Below, one piece after another: positions 8,755 to 16,998 of a DNA stretch of 64,000 nucleotides; position 1 is the stretch's first letter; each line of letters opens with the position of its first letter. The notes under the pieces were generated by a model. That model saw nothing but the letters and a program-made list of their open reading frames with translations, ran no database searches and had not been told where the DNA came from. Origin of the DNA: Sulfitobacter sp. (GTDB lineage: Bacteria; Pseudomonadota; Alphaproteobacteria; Rhodobacterales; Rhodobacteraceae); contig JAWSVL010000004.1 of NCBI GenBank assembly GCA_033851935.1, positions 672-64,671 on the forward strand, given 5' to 3'. Position numbers and translations under genes: made by a program.

Positions 8755-10906
8755 TTGTGATAGGGCCACGGCCGGCTTTGAATTGACCAATGATATAGGC
8801 TTGCTGACCTTGTGCATGCAATGTGGTCACGGCCTGTTGCGCAGCCTCTAGGGGCAGGGCGGCTAGCAATCCACCTGCTGTTTGGGGGTCGTGCATCAGC
8901 GGATCAGAAATGCCGACGGTGGGCGCATTCTCGATATTGTCCTGCAACAGGGAGGATCGGACGCCCACATCAGACAGCGCACGGGCACCGTGATACAGGG
9001 GAACCTTGTCGCGCCAAATTTCGGCCTGTACGTCAGAGGCTTCACAGATCGCTTGCACATGTCCGGCAAGGCCAAAGCCCGTGGTATCTGTCATGGCATG
9101 GGCATCACTCAGCACGTGCGCGGCAAGATGTTGGGGCTGTTCCATCATGCCCAAAACCTGCGCCACAACATCAGCGGGCGCACTGCCAGCCATATGCGCG
9201 GCAAGGATCACACCGGTGCCAATAGGGCGCGTGAGCACAAGTGCGTCGCCGTTTTTGGCACCTGAAACGGTGATAGGCATGTCTTGGCGCTGTCCGGTCA
9301 CGGTGAAGCCGATGGTCATTTCCGCGCCCATCGTTGTGTGGCCGCCGACGATTGTGGCACCTGCCGCACCAAACACATCCTGCGCGGCATCATTGATTTC
9401 ACGCAAAGTTCGTTCCTGAAGACTGGCCGACATACGCGGCAAGATGATGGTGGACAGCGCGGTCTGAGGTGCGGCCCCCATGGCCCAGATATCACCAAGC
9501 GCGTGCACGGCGGCGATGCGGGTCATTTGCACGGGGTCCTCAATAAAGGCGCGAAGGTGATCGGTACTCAGGACCTGAAAACCGCCGCCCGCTTGGCGCA
9601 GGATCGCGGCGTCATCCCCCGGTCCGGCAATGATATCCGTGCCTTCTTTGCCTTGCTCCGTCCTTATGGCGCGTTTCAGGGCCGCTCCGCCTACTTTTGC
9701 GCCGCACCCCCCGCATAGGGGGAGCTCAGCAGCCTCCGCGCCTTTGGCGATATAGCTAGGCTGGGTGTGGGGCTGCATCACGGGCAGATTTTCCAACTGG
9801 TCCATAAAGGCGCGATCGATCCGGTCCTTCCAGCGCCACAGCAGCGGGCCAGCGGGGGCAAAGCCGTATTTCTCTGCCATCGCGGTTTTGCCGCCCAGCG
9901 AGATCAGCTTGAGGTATGAGCGTTGCGGTTTGAACGCCTTGAATGATCCACCGGCAAGCGCCGCGCGCATGTTGTTATACAGGATGGGTGCTGCACGCAC
10001 CGCAAACACACCTGCCTTGGGGCGCGGCGCAAATGGCATATGCGCGCAATCGCCGACAGCAAATAGGTTTTCGTCACCCTGAACACGCAGATCAGGATCA
10101 ATGGTAATAAACCCATTGTGCAACGGCAGATCAGTCTGCGCGATCCACGAATGTGGAAAGGCACCTGCCGCGCCGACAACGAGCGCGGCAGGAATTGCCG
10201 GATGTTGCGCAAGCACGACGTTGTCCGCGTCTATCCGCTCAATATGGGCGTTCGGTTGGAAGGTCACGCGCAGCTCGGCCATGCTGTGGTGCAGTTTTGC
10301 GCGCGCTGATGGACCAACGCCGGATATCTCGGGGCCTGCTTCGATGACGGTCACCTGTGGCACCACGCCAATGTGACGCAAGGCATGGGCCATTGCCATC
10401 GCCAGTTCACATCCTGCAACGCCGCCGCCAACGACGGCAACTGTTGGTTGTTGCTCTCCGCTCCTGACGGCCTCTAGAAAGGCGCGCCATTTATTTGCGT
10501 AGATGTCCAACGGCTTGGCCCCGACGGCATTCTCACCAAATCCGGCAATGTCCATGCGTGCGGTAATCCCGATATCTATCGATGCGGCGTCATAGGCGAT
10601 CGGGCCGCGGCCCTCGACCTCGATCATCTTGGCTGCGCGGTTGATCCCTGTTGCATGGCTCAGGATCAGGCGCGCGCCAGCGAAACGGGCAAGGCGGACC
10701 AGATCGATCTCAAGCGTGTCGCGGCTATAATGTCCGGCAATGTGGCCGGGCAACATACCTGTGTAGGGCGCTGTTGGGGCTGGGTTGATCACGGTCAGGC
10801 GCGCACCGGGTAGGGGGCTCATGCCCCATTTACGTAAAACCAGTGCGTGGGCGTGTCCGCCGCCGATTAGAACAAGATCACGTGTGAAAGGAACGGTGTT
10901 CAACAT
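8747..10906 (-). CDS. selD: Selenide, water dikinase (SelD) fused to an N-terminal FAD-dependent pyridine nucleotide-disulfide oxidoreductase domain
   Basis: N-terminal LVLIGGGHAH, VVGGGVAG, FAVGDCA, RPKAGVFAVR; C-terminal CGGCGAKV, GDDAAI, DIWAMG, GGHT, TDTTGFGLAGH, DPQTAGGLL. The catalytic residue is Cys. Confidence 0.94.
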   Translation of the reverse strand: MLNTVPFTRDLVLIGGGHAHALVLRKWGMSPLPGARLTVINPAPTAPYTGMLPGHIAGHYSRDTLEIDLVRLARFAGARLILSHATGINRAAKMIEVEGRGPIAYDAASIDIGITARMDIAGFGENAVGAKPLDIYANKWRAFLEAVRSGEQQPTVAVVGGGVAGCELAMAMAHALRHIGVVPQVTVIEAGPEISGVGPSARAKLHHSMAELRVTFQPNAHIERIDADNVVLAQHPAIPAALVVGAAGAFPHSWIAQTDLPLHNGFITIDPDLRVQGDENLFAVGDCAHMPFAPRPKAGVFAVRAAPILYNNMRAALAGGSFKAFKPQRSYLKLISLGGKTAMAEKYGFAPAGPLLWRWKDRIDRAFMDQLENLPVMQPHTQPSYIAKGAEAAELPLCGGCGAKVGGAALKRAIRTEQGKEGTDIIAGPGDDAAILRQAGGGFQVLSTDHLRAFIEDPVQMTRIAAVHALGDIWAMGAAPQTALSTIILPRMSASLQERTLREINDAAQDVFGAAGATIVGGHTTMGAEMTIGFTVTGQRQDMPITVSGAKNGDALVLTRPIGTGVILAAHMAGSAPADVVAQVLGMMEQPQHLAAHVLSDAHAMTDTTGFGLAGHVQAICEASDVQAEIWRDKVPLYHGARALSDVGVRSSLLQDNIENAPTVGISDPLMHDPQTAGGLLAALPLEAAQQAVTTLHAQGQQAYIIGQFKAGRGPITIS

Positions 10907-11020
10907 TTGAGGGCTCTATCGCTACGGGTGACGCTATCAGGGCTGTTTTGCCCGTTGACGGCCCCAATGTCCAAGTCCGAACCACTTATATTCAAAAAAG
11001 TGAAGGCGTTGTGAAGTGAG

Positions 11021-11055
11021 AAAACCCCCGCGATCATCTCGCGAGGGGTATTTTT
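11021..11055. terminator. Intrinsic terminator-like hairpin downstream of the UGSC selenoprotein gene
   Basis: AAAACCCCCGCGA-TCATC-TCGCGAGGGGTATTTTT, with A/T tracts on both sides. Confidence 0.65.
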
Positions 11056-11064
11056 CGATGCAGC

Positions 11065-11586
11065 TCAGTTTATGGTGAGCGCTGCAATGATTTGCTCTAA
11101 GGCTTGTGCCGCTTTCAGGCGCATTTCATCGTCGGTTGCATCCTGAATAGGATGTGGCACCAGAACGTAACGCGCATCGTTCATCCCCAGCGCGGTGCGC
11201 TGGCTGATTGCGGCATCGCCAAACTCGCTTGAGGCGATGGCGACTGCAGGAATCCGCTGGGTTTCAAACCAGAAATTGTCGTGCATACTGCACGTCGTAC
11301 AGGATCCTCAGTCGGCCAGTGCTTCGATCAGGAAATCGCATTCATCGCGAATTTCATGCCTCAGCGCGTCTGGACAAGGTTTGGCAAACGTCGGCTTGGT
11401 GTAGCGGCGAACAGCCACATCAGGCGCTTTTTGCTTTAACAGCTTTTCCAGCTCATCCAGCATGACATTGCCGCGCGGCTTGCTGATATCCAAAAGGCCA
11501 ATCGTCCCAGACAAAGTGCCTGACCGCTTGGTTATTTGGCGCTCAACGGGCACGCGTTCATCCGTTGGGTCGAGAATTGTAACCAT
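11065..11586 (-). CDS. UGSC-family selenoprotein (173 aa, Sec at residue 93), split by the ORF track into 11308..11586 and 11065..11286
   Basis: TGA at 11310-11308 is followed in frame by GGA TCC TGT ACG ACG TGC AGT ATG, giving ...EALAD-U-GSCTTCSMHD... and joining the two track ORFs. A SECIS-like hairpin follows, and the gene sits in the selA-selB-selC operon. Confidence 0.92.
11280..11294 (-). promoter_or_regulatory. Candidate bacterial SECIS element
   Basis: CGTGCA-GTA-TGCACG perfect 6-bp stem. The apical-loop G is 20 nt after the UGA. A lower TGT/ACA pairing is possible. Confidence 0.7.
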
Positions 11587-11610
11587 AGATTTCTCCCTAC
11601 TATCCTTAGC

Positions 11611-13200
11611 CTAGCCCAAGTCGATCTTTTTGGAAACAGATTGCGATCCAACCGCGCCTGTGGCCCAACCATGGAACGCAGATGAGAATTTGCCCGCGTC
11701 TGATCCTGCCACAACGATGTGAATGAAATCGGTACCGGCGAATTTTGGCACGGATTTTGCCATCGCCTCTGGGCCCATCTTTTCTGCCATCGCGGGTGAA
11801 ATGCCTGCGCCGCTGTCTTCATCCATCAGCATTTCGGTCAGGGGGCGGGTGGTCACCTTTTGTATTTGATCCCTTAGACGGTCTTTGGAATATTCGCCCT
11901 CGCGGGTGAGGGTATCTATATGCTCAGGGCAGACCACCAGCAGCGCATCCACAGGCAGGTTGCGCAGTTTGGGCAGGAACACCCCTTCAAGGCCTAGGCC
12001 AAGGGAACCAGCAATCTGATCCGGCGCGCGGGAGGTCTGGTCAACAATGTGCACAGGCCCGCCTGTCATGGCAAAGATGGTCACCACGGAATCCTCGGGT
12101 TTAAATCCGCGCTCGACATGCAGCGCGGGCCAGGGGGAGCGTTCCTCCCATTCGGCAAAGCACATTGTGAACTTCATTGGATTGCCAAGGGTGGATCGTT
12201 CAACCCCGCCAGTGGTTGCGCCGCCTACATTGCGTACAACAAGGCGCAGCGCGCGTCCGATGGTGGCATTGGCGCGGTTCCCAGCACCCAAGGCACCCAA
12301 TTTCATATTCATCCCGATCTTTTCGCGGATCGGGCCGTTGATGATCATCACGGGGGCCGCGCCCATGGTTGTGGCGGTGACGCCGTGGATGTTGAACTCA
12401 TCTGTGCAGACGGCCTCAACGGCGGCAATGATCACGGGCAGGTATTCGGGTTTGCAGCCCGCCATCACGGCATTGATCGCGATCTTCTCAACGGTTGCTT
12501 CGCCCATGTTTGGCGGGACCGTAGCGATCACATCTTGTGGGTCACGGTGTGTGCCGCCCAGCATACGCATGACACGTTCGGGCGTTGGCGGTACCAGCGG
12601 CAGCCCGTCAGAGAAGCCCTGATCAAACATGAACTCGGCCACGTCATCGCTGGGGGCGACCTCAATGCGGCGTGCACGAATGGGGCTGCCATCGGCATCT
12701 GCGCGCAATTTGTCATAAACTGTAGGGTCCAAGTGTTTTGATCCACATCCGGGGCGCCAAGCGGGTAGGCTTTGCCAATCTATCTGCGCGGCGGCCAGAT
12801 TGGATTGTGCGGCAATGTCTGCGCTTAGGGCTTCCCAATCGGCGCGAATGAAGCCTTCAAACTGCGATGTCACCTTGCCAGCGTCGTCTATCCAGAAAAC
12901 AGACGGGACGCTTTCTATGTCCCATTCAAACGCTGATTTGCAGGTGTGGTCATCGAGTACAGGCATGGTGAGGGCATGGCGCTCGGCAAAGACCGCATTC
13001 GCATCACCAGATTGCGAGATCAGTAGAACATCAACTTCACTGGCGTAGGCCGCATGAAATGCCTCCAGCACGGGGGCGGCGGTATTACAGGTCTCGCAGT
13101 CTTCTTTGATAAAACAGATCAGGCTGGGCCGTGAACGGGGATAGCTGTGCGGTTTTCCGGTCAGATCATTCAGTGAAAACGTTGGTTGCGGTTGGCTCAT
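11611..13200 (-). CDS. Thioredoxin-like (CETC) domain fused to a large conserved domain of unknown function; partner of the UGSC selenoprotein
   Basis: N-terminal CFIKEDCETC AhpC/TlpA-like fold, linker WRPGCGSK, then DGLPLVPPTPERV, EKIAINAVMAGC, NRANATIGRALRL. An RBS (GGAGA) precedes the ATG at 13200. Confidence 0.85.
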   Translation of the reverse strand: MSQPQPTFSLNDLTGKPHSYPRSRPSLICFIKEDCETCNTAAPVLEAFHAAYASEVDVLLISQSGDANAVFAERHALTMPVLDDHTCKSAFEWDIESVPSVFWIDDAGKVTSQFEGFIRADWEALSADIAAQSNLAAAQIDWQSLPAWRPGCGSKHLDPTVYDKLRADADGSPIRARRIEVAPSDDVAEFMFDQGFSDGLPLVPPTPERVMRMLGGTHRDPQDVIATVPPNMGEATVEKIAINAVMAGCKPEYLPVIIAAVEAVCTDEFNIHGVTATTMGAAPVMIINGPIREKIGMNMKLGALGAGNRANATIGRALRLVVRNVGGATTGGVERSTLGNPMKFTMCFAEWEERSPWPALHVERGFKPEDSVVTIFAMTGGPVHIVDQTSRAPDQIAGSLGLGLEGVFLPKLRNLPVDALLVVCPEHIDTLTREGEYSKDRLRDQIQKVTTRPLTEMLMDEDSGAGISPAMAEKMGPEAMAKSVPKFAGTDFIHIVVAGSDAGKFSSAFHGWATGAVGSQSVSKKIDLG

Positions 13201-13271
13201 GTGGTTTCTCCCCGATGTTGGGGCATCTTGCAAAGGCTAGGGGATAAATGTCCAGCCAAATGAAGGAACTA

Positions 13272-13366
13272 TGGCGGAGGTGGATGGGAATCGAACCCAC
13301 CACACGCCCATTGGACGCGTCCACGGTGTTGAAGACCGGGGAAGCCACCAGACTCCAGTCACCTCC
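13272..13366 (-). tRNA. selC: tRNA-Sec (anticodon UCA), 95 nt, CCA encoded
   Basis: GGAGGTGA-CT-GGAGTC-TGGT-GGCTTC-C-CCGGT-CTTCAAC-ACCGT-GG-ACGCGTCC-AAT-GGGCGTGT-G-GTGGG-TTCGATT-CCCAT-CCACCTCC-GCCA: 6-bp D stem with 4-nt loop, long variable arm, 8/5 acceptor/T fold, G73. Confidence 0.96.
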
Positions 13367-13382
13367 GCATGGGCAATGGGTA

Positions 13383-15290
13383 TCAAGTTGGGAGGGCAGG
13401 GGAAACAGGTAATGCGGCAGTGATATGGCGGGTGTCACCGTCAGCTGCGGTGATGCCGGACGTGTCGAAGTGTTCCAGCACAGGCACAATGATCCTGCGG
13501 CTGGTGCCAAGGGTATTGCGCGCTTGGGATGTGGTAAAGCGGATCGGTGCTGGGAAGGAGAGCCTCAGCGTATTGGCGGCGGCATCTAACGCATCGGTGT
13601 GAAACAGCAATATCTGCTTTAGAGAGACGTTGTTGAGTGAAACCAATGTGCCAACCTGTACCAAAAGCGCGATGAGATCGGCGTCTGTGTCATGATACGC
13701 GTTCGCTTGAGGTGCGGAGGTTACACCTGTGCTGAGAAAACCGGCCTCCAAATCATGCAGGCGCTGTTTCTGCGCATCACCGAGCAGGGCGATAGGGTTA
13801 TGGGTGATCAGTGCAAGGGTGTTGCCCAAGCGACGAATGTGCTGATCCCGAATGAGCGTATCTTCGACGTATTTGAACAGGTGCGGGGAGAAGGCTGGAA
13901 GGGTGGTCACGCTGTGAGGGGCACCCATGCGCAACGGATGGGCTGCGTGATAAGCGCTAAGGGACCGCAACATATCAGCCTTGTAATCCTCAACATCTTG
14001 CGTTCTGGAAAACCAGCCATCTCCCAAATTAATAAAGCTACTTTTTAGCGCAGTGGCTGTGCTTGAGGGTGGCATCCGCGAAAGTCGGGCAACATCGGTT
14101 AAACGCGTGGTCCCGCGCTGGGCTGCACACAGCGCTGTTGCTAATTTTTCTGGGGAGCCAGTCAGTGAAGCGGTCAAAACCTCAAAACGCGATGCATCGC
14201 TACTGCGGGTCGCTTTGGCCTGAGGGTCCAAGAATACCACGCCGCCTAATGTCTGCGCTGGGGACAGTCTGCGTAAAATGGCGCGCTGGCCTGCAAATCC
14301 AACGATTGCTTTGCTGAAACGCAACTGTACGAGGCCACTTTGACCACCCCGAAGCTGGCCACCGCCAAACAGGCGCACTGTGGCAACCGCATTCGTTGTG
14401 CCAAATAGAATGCGTACCTCTTCCATGTGTTTGAGCGGGGCACTGGTCGGGTTGAGATGCACATGGGCGTCGATACACTCAGTTGCTTGCATTGTGTGGG
14501 AGAGACACAACACAGAACCGCGGGGGATATCTGCGACCGCGACCGCCGCGCCGCGCAGATTAACCGCAACCCGCTCTCCTGCATGAACCGTGACGCGCTC
14601 TTGGCCGCGGCTTTGCAGGCCTCTTAAGGTGACAGGCAAGCCAGAGGGTTGCACAACCGCCTGTGCGCCCACGCTTAGGTCGTGACCCAACAAGGTGCCC
14701 GTCACAATGGTTCCATGACCAACCAATGAAAACACGCGGTCAATTGGCAGCATGCTGTGGAGAGGGGCATCTGTAGAGGGAGGACACATCAGCAGCGATT
14801 GAAGGGTATCGTGCAAGGTGTCTAATCCATCCTCGGTCTTTGCGGAGCACAGGATCATCGGCGCATCAGCCAGGGGTGTGTCGGAGAGGGTCGCTTTGAG
14901 CGTGGTGAGACATGTGGCATGTTCTGAGGGAGAGAGCAGGTCGGACTTGGTGACTGCGATCACGCCATGAGTTATGCCAAGGAGGCCCGCGATATTGAGA
15001 TGCTCAAGTGTTTGCGCGCCAACCCCTTCAGTAGCTGAGACAACCAACAAAGCAGCCTGCGCGCCAGAGGTGCCTGAGACCATGGCTTGAATGAAATCCT
15101 CGTGGCCGGGCGCGTCAATGAAATCAAGCGTGCCGTCTGGATAGGATTTATGCGCAAAGCCCGGCACAATGGACAGCCCGCGCGCCTTCTCCTCAGCAGT
15201 GCGATCCGTCTCTATTCCCGTTAGGGCGCGAACAAGGGAGGTCTTGCCGTGATCCACATGCCCAATGACAACGATGCAGCGCGTGTTCAT
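13383..15290 (-). CDS. selB: Selenocysteine-specific translation elongation factor
   Basis: GHVDHGKT, DAPGHEDF, TKSD GTPase motifs; LPIDRVF; C-terminal winged-helix SRRIIVPVLEHFD; between selA and selC. Confidence 0.96.
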   Translation of the reverse strand: MNTRCIVVIGHVDHGKTSLVRALTGIETDRTAEEKARGLSIVPGFAHKSYPDGTLDFIDAPGHEDFIQAMVSGTSGAQAALLVVSATEGVGAQTLEHLNIAGLLGITHGVIAVTKSDLLSPSEHATCLTTLKATLSDTPLADAPMILCSAKTEDGLDTLHDTLQSLLMCPPSTDAPLHSMLPIDRVFSLVGHGTIVTGTLLGHDLSVGAQAVVQPSGLPVTLRGLQSRGQERVTVHAGERVAVNLRGAAVAVADIPRGSVLCLSHTMQATECIDAHVHLNPTSAPLKHMEEVRILFGTTNAVATVRLFGGGQLRGGQSGLVQLRFSKAIVGFAGQRAILRRLSPAQTLGGVVFLDPQAKATRSSDASRFEVLTASLTGSPEKLATALCAAQRGTTRLTDVARLSRMPPSSTATALKSSFINLGDGWFSRTQDVEDYKADMLRSLSAYHAAHPLRMGAPHSVTTLPAFSPHLFKYVEDTLIRDQHIRRLGNTLALITHNPIALLGDAQKQRLHDLEAGFLSTGVTSAPQANAYHDTDADLIALLVQVGTLVSLNNVSLKQILLFHTDALDAAANTLRLSFPAPIRFTTSQARNTLGTSRRIIVPVLEHFDTSGITAADGDTRHITAALPVSPALPT

Positions 15291-16678
15291 CGGGCCGATA
15301 TCGCGTCCAAGGCATGCACAATTGATGTTACCTCGTTGTTGGACACGGTACGCATGTCCAGCACAACACGATCCTTTTCGATCCGGCTGATCACTGGCGG
15401 CGTGCTTTGCCTAAGGGCGGCGGTCAGCGCGTCTGGTGTCAGATGTGCAATGCGTAGTGTAACAGCAAAGCTGACAAGATCCTGTTCAGGCACAGAACCC
15501 GCACCAACATGGGCGATGGTCTGCTCTACCTTTACATCAGTTAAGCCAATGCCCTCTAGCGCTAGGGATAAACCCTGAGCGCGTTTTTCAACGATGCCTT
15601 TAGGTTGAGACAGCATGTTTAGAACGGGTATTTCTGTCATCGGGTCATAAGGCGCGCGGTAAAGGCGCAGGGTCGCCTCAAGCGCGGCCAAAGACAGCTT
15701 ATCTACGCGGACGGCCCGCATAAGGGGATGCGCTTTTAGGCGGGCAATCAGTTCGCGCTTGCCCGCAATAATACCTGCCTGTGGACCGCCCAGCAGTTTA
15801 TCACCCGAAAACATCACCAGATCGACGCCCGCGTCTAGGATATCGGACACAACAGGTTCATCGTCTAAGCCGTAGGGAGAGAGATCAACCAAGACGCCGC
15901 TGCCAAGGTCCTCCATCAGTATGACCTCACGCTCAGCGGCCAGCTTGGCTAGGTCTTCGCGTTTGGGCGAAGAGGTGAAGCCAATGATCTTGAAGTTACT
16001 TGTGTGGCTTTTGAGGAGTACGGCAGTCTGCGGGTCTATGGCTTCCTCATAGTCGCTAACCCTTGTTTTGTTGGTTGCACCGACCTCACGCAGGGTTGCA
16101 CCGCTTTGGGCAATGACATCGGGCAGGCGGAAGGATCCGCCAATTTCTATCAGCTCTCCCCGTGAGGCGACAACAGTGCGCCCTGACGCCGTGGCAATAA
16201 GGCTTAGCAGCACAGCGGCGGCGCAATTGTTCACGACCACGGCCGCTTGCGCTCCCGTTAGCTCACAGATGAGGTCTTGTACGTGGTCATGGCGCGAACC
16301 GCGTTTACCGGTTTCCAGATCAAGCTCAAGATTTGTCGCGTTTGCACCCGCTGACTGCATTGCCGTAATTGCGCTAGGGGCCATACGAGCGCGCCCCAGA
16401 TTGGTGTGAATGATGATCCCCGTGGCGTTTATCACAGGCCGCAGCGCTGGGTGACGGGCCGTTTCAATCTCGCCCAACACATCCGCCGCAAAATGAGCAC
16501 TGGTAAAATCAGGGAAGTCACAAGGCGCACCCGCCAAAATAGCGCCGCGCAGCTTAGAAATGATCAGGCGTAAGGCCGTGACCGTTTCAGTGTGCGAAGA
16601 TTGTTTTACCACATCTTGAAGGGAAGGCAGGGCAAGGAGGGACTGGATTTGAGGCAGGTCTTTTAGTGTGTTGGCCAT
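15287..16678 (-). CDS. selA: L-seryl-tRNA(Sec) selenium transferase
   Basis: VINATGIIIHTNLGRA, VVNNCAAAV, SRGELIEIGGSFR, EDLGSG, FSGDKLLGGPQAG (PLP Lys); ATGA overlap with selB. Confidence 0.97.
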   Translation of the reverse strand: MANTLKDLPQIQSLLALPSLQDVVKQSSHTETVTALRLIISKLRGAILAGAPCDFPDFTSAHFAADVLGEIETARHPALRPVINATGIIIHTNLGRARMAPSAITAMQSAGANATNLELDLETGKRGSRHDHVQDLICELTGAQAAVVVNNCAAAVLLSLIATASGRTVVASRGELIEIGGSFRLPDVIAQSGATLREVGATNKTRVSDYEEAIDPQTAVLLKSHTSNFKIIGFTSSPKREDLAKLAAEREVILMEDLGSGVLVDLSPYGLDDEPVVSDILDAGVDLVMFSGDKLLGGPQAGIIAGKRELIARLKAHPLMRAVRVDKLSLAALEATLRLYRAPYDPMTEIPVLNMLSQPKGIVEKRAQGLSLALEGIGLTDVKVEQTIAHVGAGSVPEQDLVSFAVTLRIAHLTPDALTAALRQSTPPVISRIEKDRVVLDMRTVSNNEVTSIVHALDAISAR

Positions 16679-16998
16679 TGCGGCTGCATCCTCAATTTTC
16701 GTTTAGCGCCACTGTGGTTCGGCACCCGTGGTCTGATTGTCACAAGGATTTAGCCTAGCTGCACAGGCGCTGGGCGTCGAGACTTGTGAAGGGGTGAAAC
16801 AACAAAGCGCTCCCTCTCCTGAAAGGTGTTTAACGCAGGGCATGAATACTTGGATGATTTTAAGCGGAAAATCGGGTATTACGCTGCGTGAAAGCCCGCT
16901 GCAGCGCCGATTATACGGATAGACACCAATAGTGATCTTTGGCTTATTTCGGCGCAACGCTGGGAGGCGAACGCGGTTCTGCACAGGTGGGGTATTTG

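Noticed and set aside
16700-16990. CTTTCAGG-AGAG upstream of selA resembling part of a glycine riboswitch
   Set aside because: The other conserved elements (GGAGA...CCGAAG, tandem aptamer) are missing
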